The position numbers and the translations under genes are program-made. A DNA stretch of 22,849 nucleotides from Paraphysomonas bandaiensis. Lineage: Eukaryota > Protista > Chrysophyceae. Location: NCBI GenBank assembly GCA_965644295.1, contig CBFFRP010000163.1:1-22849 (forward strand). Direction: 5' to 3'. The notes beneath the pieces were generated by a model, which was not told where the DNA came from, did not search any database, and saw only the letters and a list, made by a program, of their open reading frames with translations. Shown piece by piece: positions 21,156 through 22,849 of the stretch. The stretch's first letter is position 1. Each line of letters begins with the position of its first letter.

Positions 21156-21856
21156 AGATAGTGGTATCTTTCAGGTCCTAGTGTAATAATGAGGTCTTTC
21201 TATACACATAACTCTGTCGACTTGTAATCTACACCATATTTGGTAGTGTAGTAGAGTTAGTAGAAGGGATATAATTGGAATGGCAGTTTTCTATAGCCGA
21301 TAGGGCTGCGTTTAATAAAATACTACAAGGAACAAACATGCCCCCTTAAACCTTATGCACCAACTAGCAGGCTTGCGTAACAATTAATTGGTGACAGGTG
21401 TCCAACAATAATAATTGCAATTATTAATTAAGCATCCAACTATTGGGCATTGATAGATTTTAGAATAACTTTATGAACTATAATCTCATCCCAAAGAAAC
21501 ATCAACATTTTCACGCAGAAACATCAACATTTCAAGTGTCTAGGTGTCATTCGCTGGTGAAAATGTAGTCGTAACAATCTTAGCTCTGCTAAACAACCTC
21601 GCACAAACATTGTTGGTAGTGCTATACAAATACTTCATGCAACGATATCGTGCTGGTAGTTTGGTGCGTGCCTTTTGGCGCTTTCGGTTGTATTTAAGTA
21701 AACGAATGGCTTCGTCTTCCTCCTCCATATCTTTCTCTTCATCAAGTTCATTTTCGTGCAGGTACATCATTTATCAGTTATTGTTCCCTACCGCGCTGAA
21801 TTTTGACTAATACTCTCTCGAAATCTGCATTTTGAACAATTTCCGAGTCTTCATCC

Positions 21857-22849
21857 TATAAGGAGTTCAAAAAGCAACAGAAGCACGGAAAAACAAGTTC
21901 AGTGCACGAGAGATGATTCAGACGCGGAAATCTTGCTTCAAAGGTGGGCACAAGAACAAGATTGGAGACCTCCTTACTCAGTATGGATCCATTGAGATGA
22001 AGCCGGGAGAGACCGCCAAAAGGAGTATGTGCTACGTTTTGAACTGCTACACCAAGAGCTTTGGGCACTGAATCAAACAGTAACAGAAATATCAAAAATC
22101 AGTTGCCTAGAGGAAGGCCTTGTTAATGATGAATATGATGCATTGAATTGTGCTCTCTGTATCTGTTACCTGATGATGTCTCATATGAAAGTGTTATCTA
22201 AAAAGATAGAACAATTTGATGACACACGAAGACTGGAAGACGAATCATCGACAAGAAGCGAAGGATTACTATAAAAGGAGGAGGTGAATTACACTTAGAA
22301 TCCTCTCGCAAGAAGGAGAGAGTATCCACTTCATCGAAAACGAAGTAGTGTCGTTACAATATTCAAAAAGGGGTATTGTTCATAATCATACTACTGAACA
22401 ATGCAGATCAAAGTAGGAGGTAAAACGACAGAGACCTGACAGCAAGGCTGCAGGATCTGCAAATCCAAAAATCGCCGACAACATGAACGCCGACAATTCT
22501 AAAGGCAAGGTGAAGAAACCGCAAAAATCCGGGAAAGTGTTTATATTTGAGAATATCAGAAGAGGGGCTACTGAATCTGACTATATGACTGTGCTGTTGA
22601 TATATATACCAAAACTGATGTATGCTGTATGACTGATAATTGATAGTGATGCGTGTGGCGGAGAAATTCAGCAATACAACCTGAAGGTAAACCATTACCA
22701 TACTGATCGAGCTGGGGTGCTGGTAAATCCAGAGCTGAAGAGATATCTGCAGTCACAGAGTTGCCAAAATCATACATGATCCAGTACCGATACTTCTGAA
22801 CTGAACGCTGTTGAGGAGAGAAAGTTTCGTAAGTCTTCAAAAATGGCGC
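21857..22849 (+). pseudogene. Decayed, internally deleted copia gag-pol relic related to Copia-B/C
   Basis: Frameshifted blocks SCFKGGHKNKIGDLLTQYGS, VLRFELL, EGLVNDEY, GIVHNHTTEQCR, ENIRRG, HYHTD and SSTDTSELNAVEERKFR align to B/C Gag and integrase. It has many stops and indels, and no LTR was recognised. Confidence 0.9.

Noticed and set aside
21495-21532. 16-bp direct repeat AGAAACATCAACATTT x2
   Set aside because: Only 6 bp apart; an ordinary local duplication, not a TSD of anything recognisable.
21540-21810. 76-aa (-) and 88-aa (+) ORFs, one acidic-then-basic like a transposase N-terminus
   Set aside because: Short, with no recognisable motif or splice continuation; cannot be supported.

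Overview
Eukaryotic genomic DNA with AT-rich intergenic sequence and very short 45-63 bp GT-AG introns; the style suggests a stramenopile-like protist (inference). Ty1/copia LTR retrotransposons dominate the window. These are the 5' part of one element (Copia-A, 1-1984, -), two full-length related elements with identical LTR pairs and 5-bp TSDs (Copia-B 2018-7524 and Copia-C 13429-18885, both -, each with one frameshift) and a decayed relic (about 21857-22849, +). Between them lie a TIR/MITE-like element, a coiled-coil gene, a six-exon AP2-domain gene and RPS9 (uS4). The most striking unexplained signal is a 170-nt multi-hairpin RNA structure inside the integrase-RT linker of B and C. It has three compensatory base-pair changes, largely made at the cost of amino-acid changes, and sits next to a highly conserved, unnamed integrase C-terminal module. 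Both full elements also have non-canonical TA...CA LTR ends.
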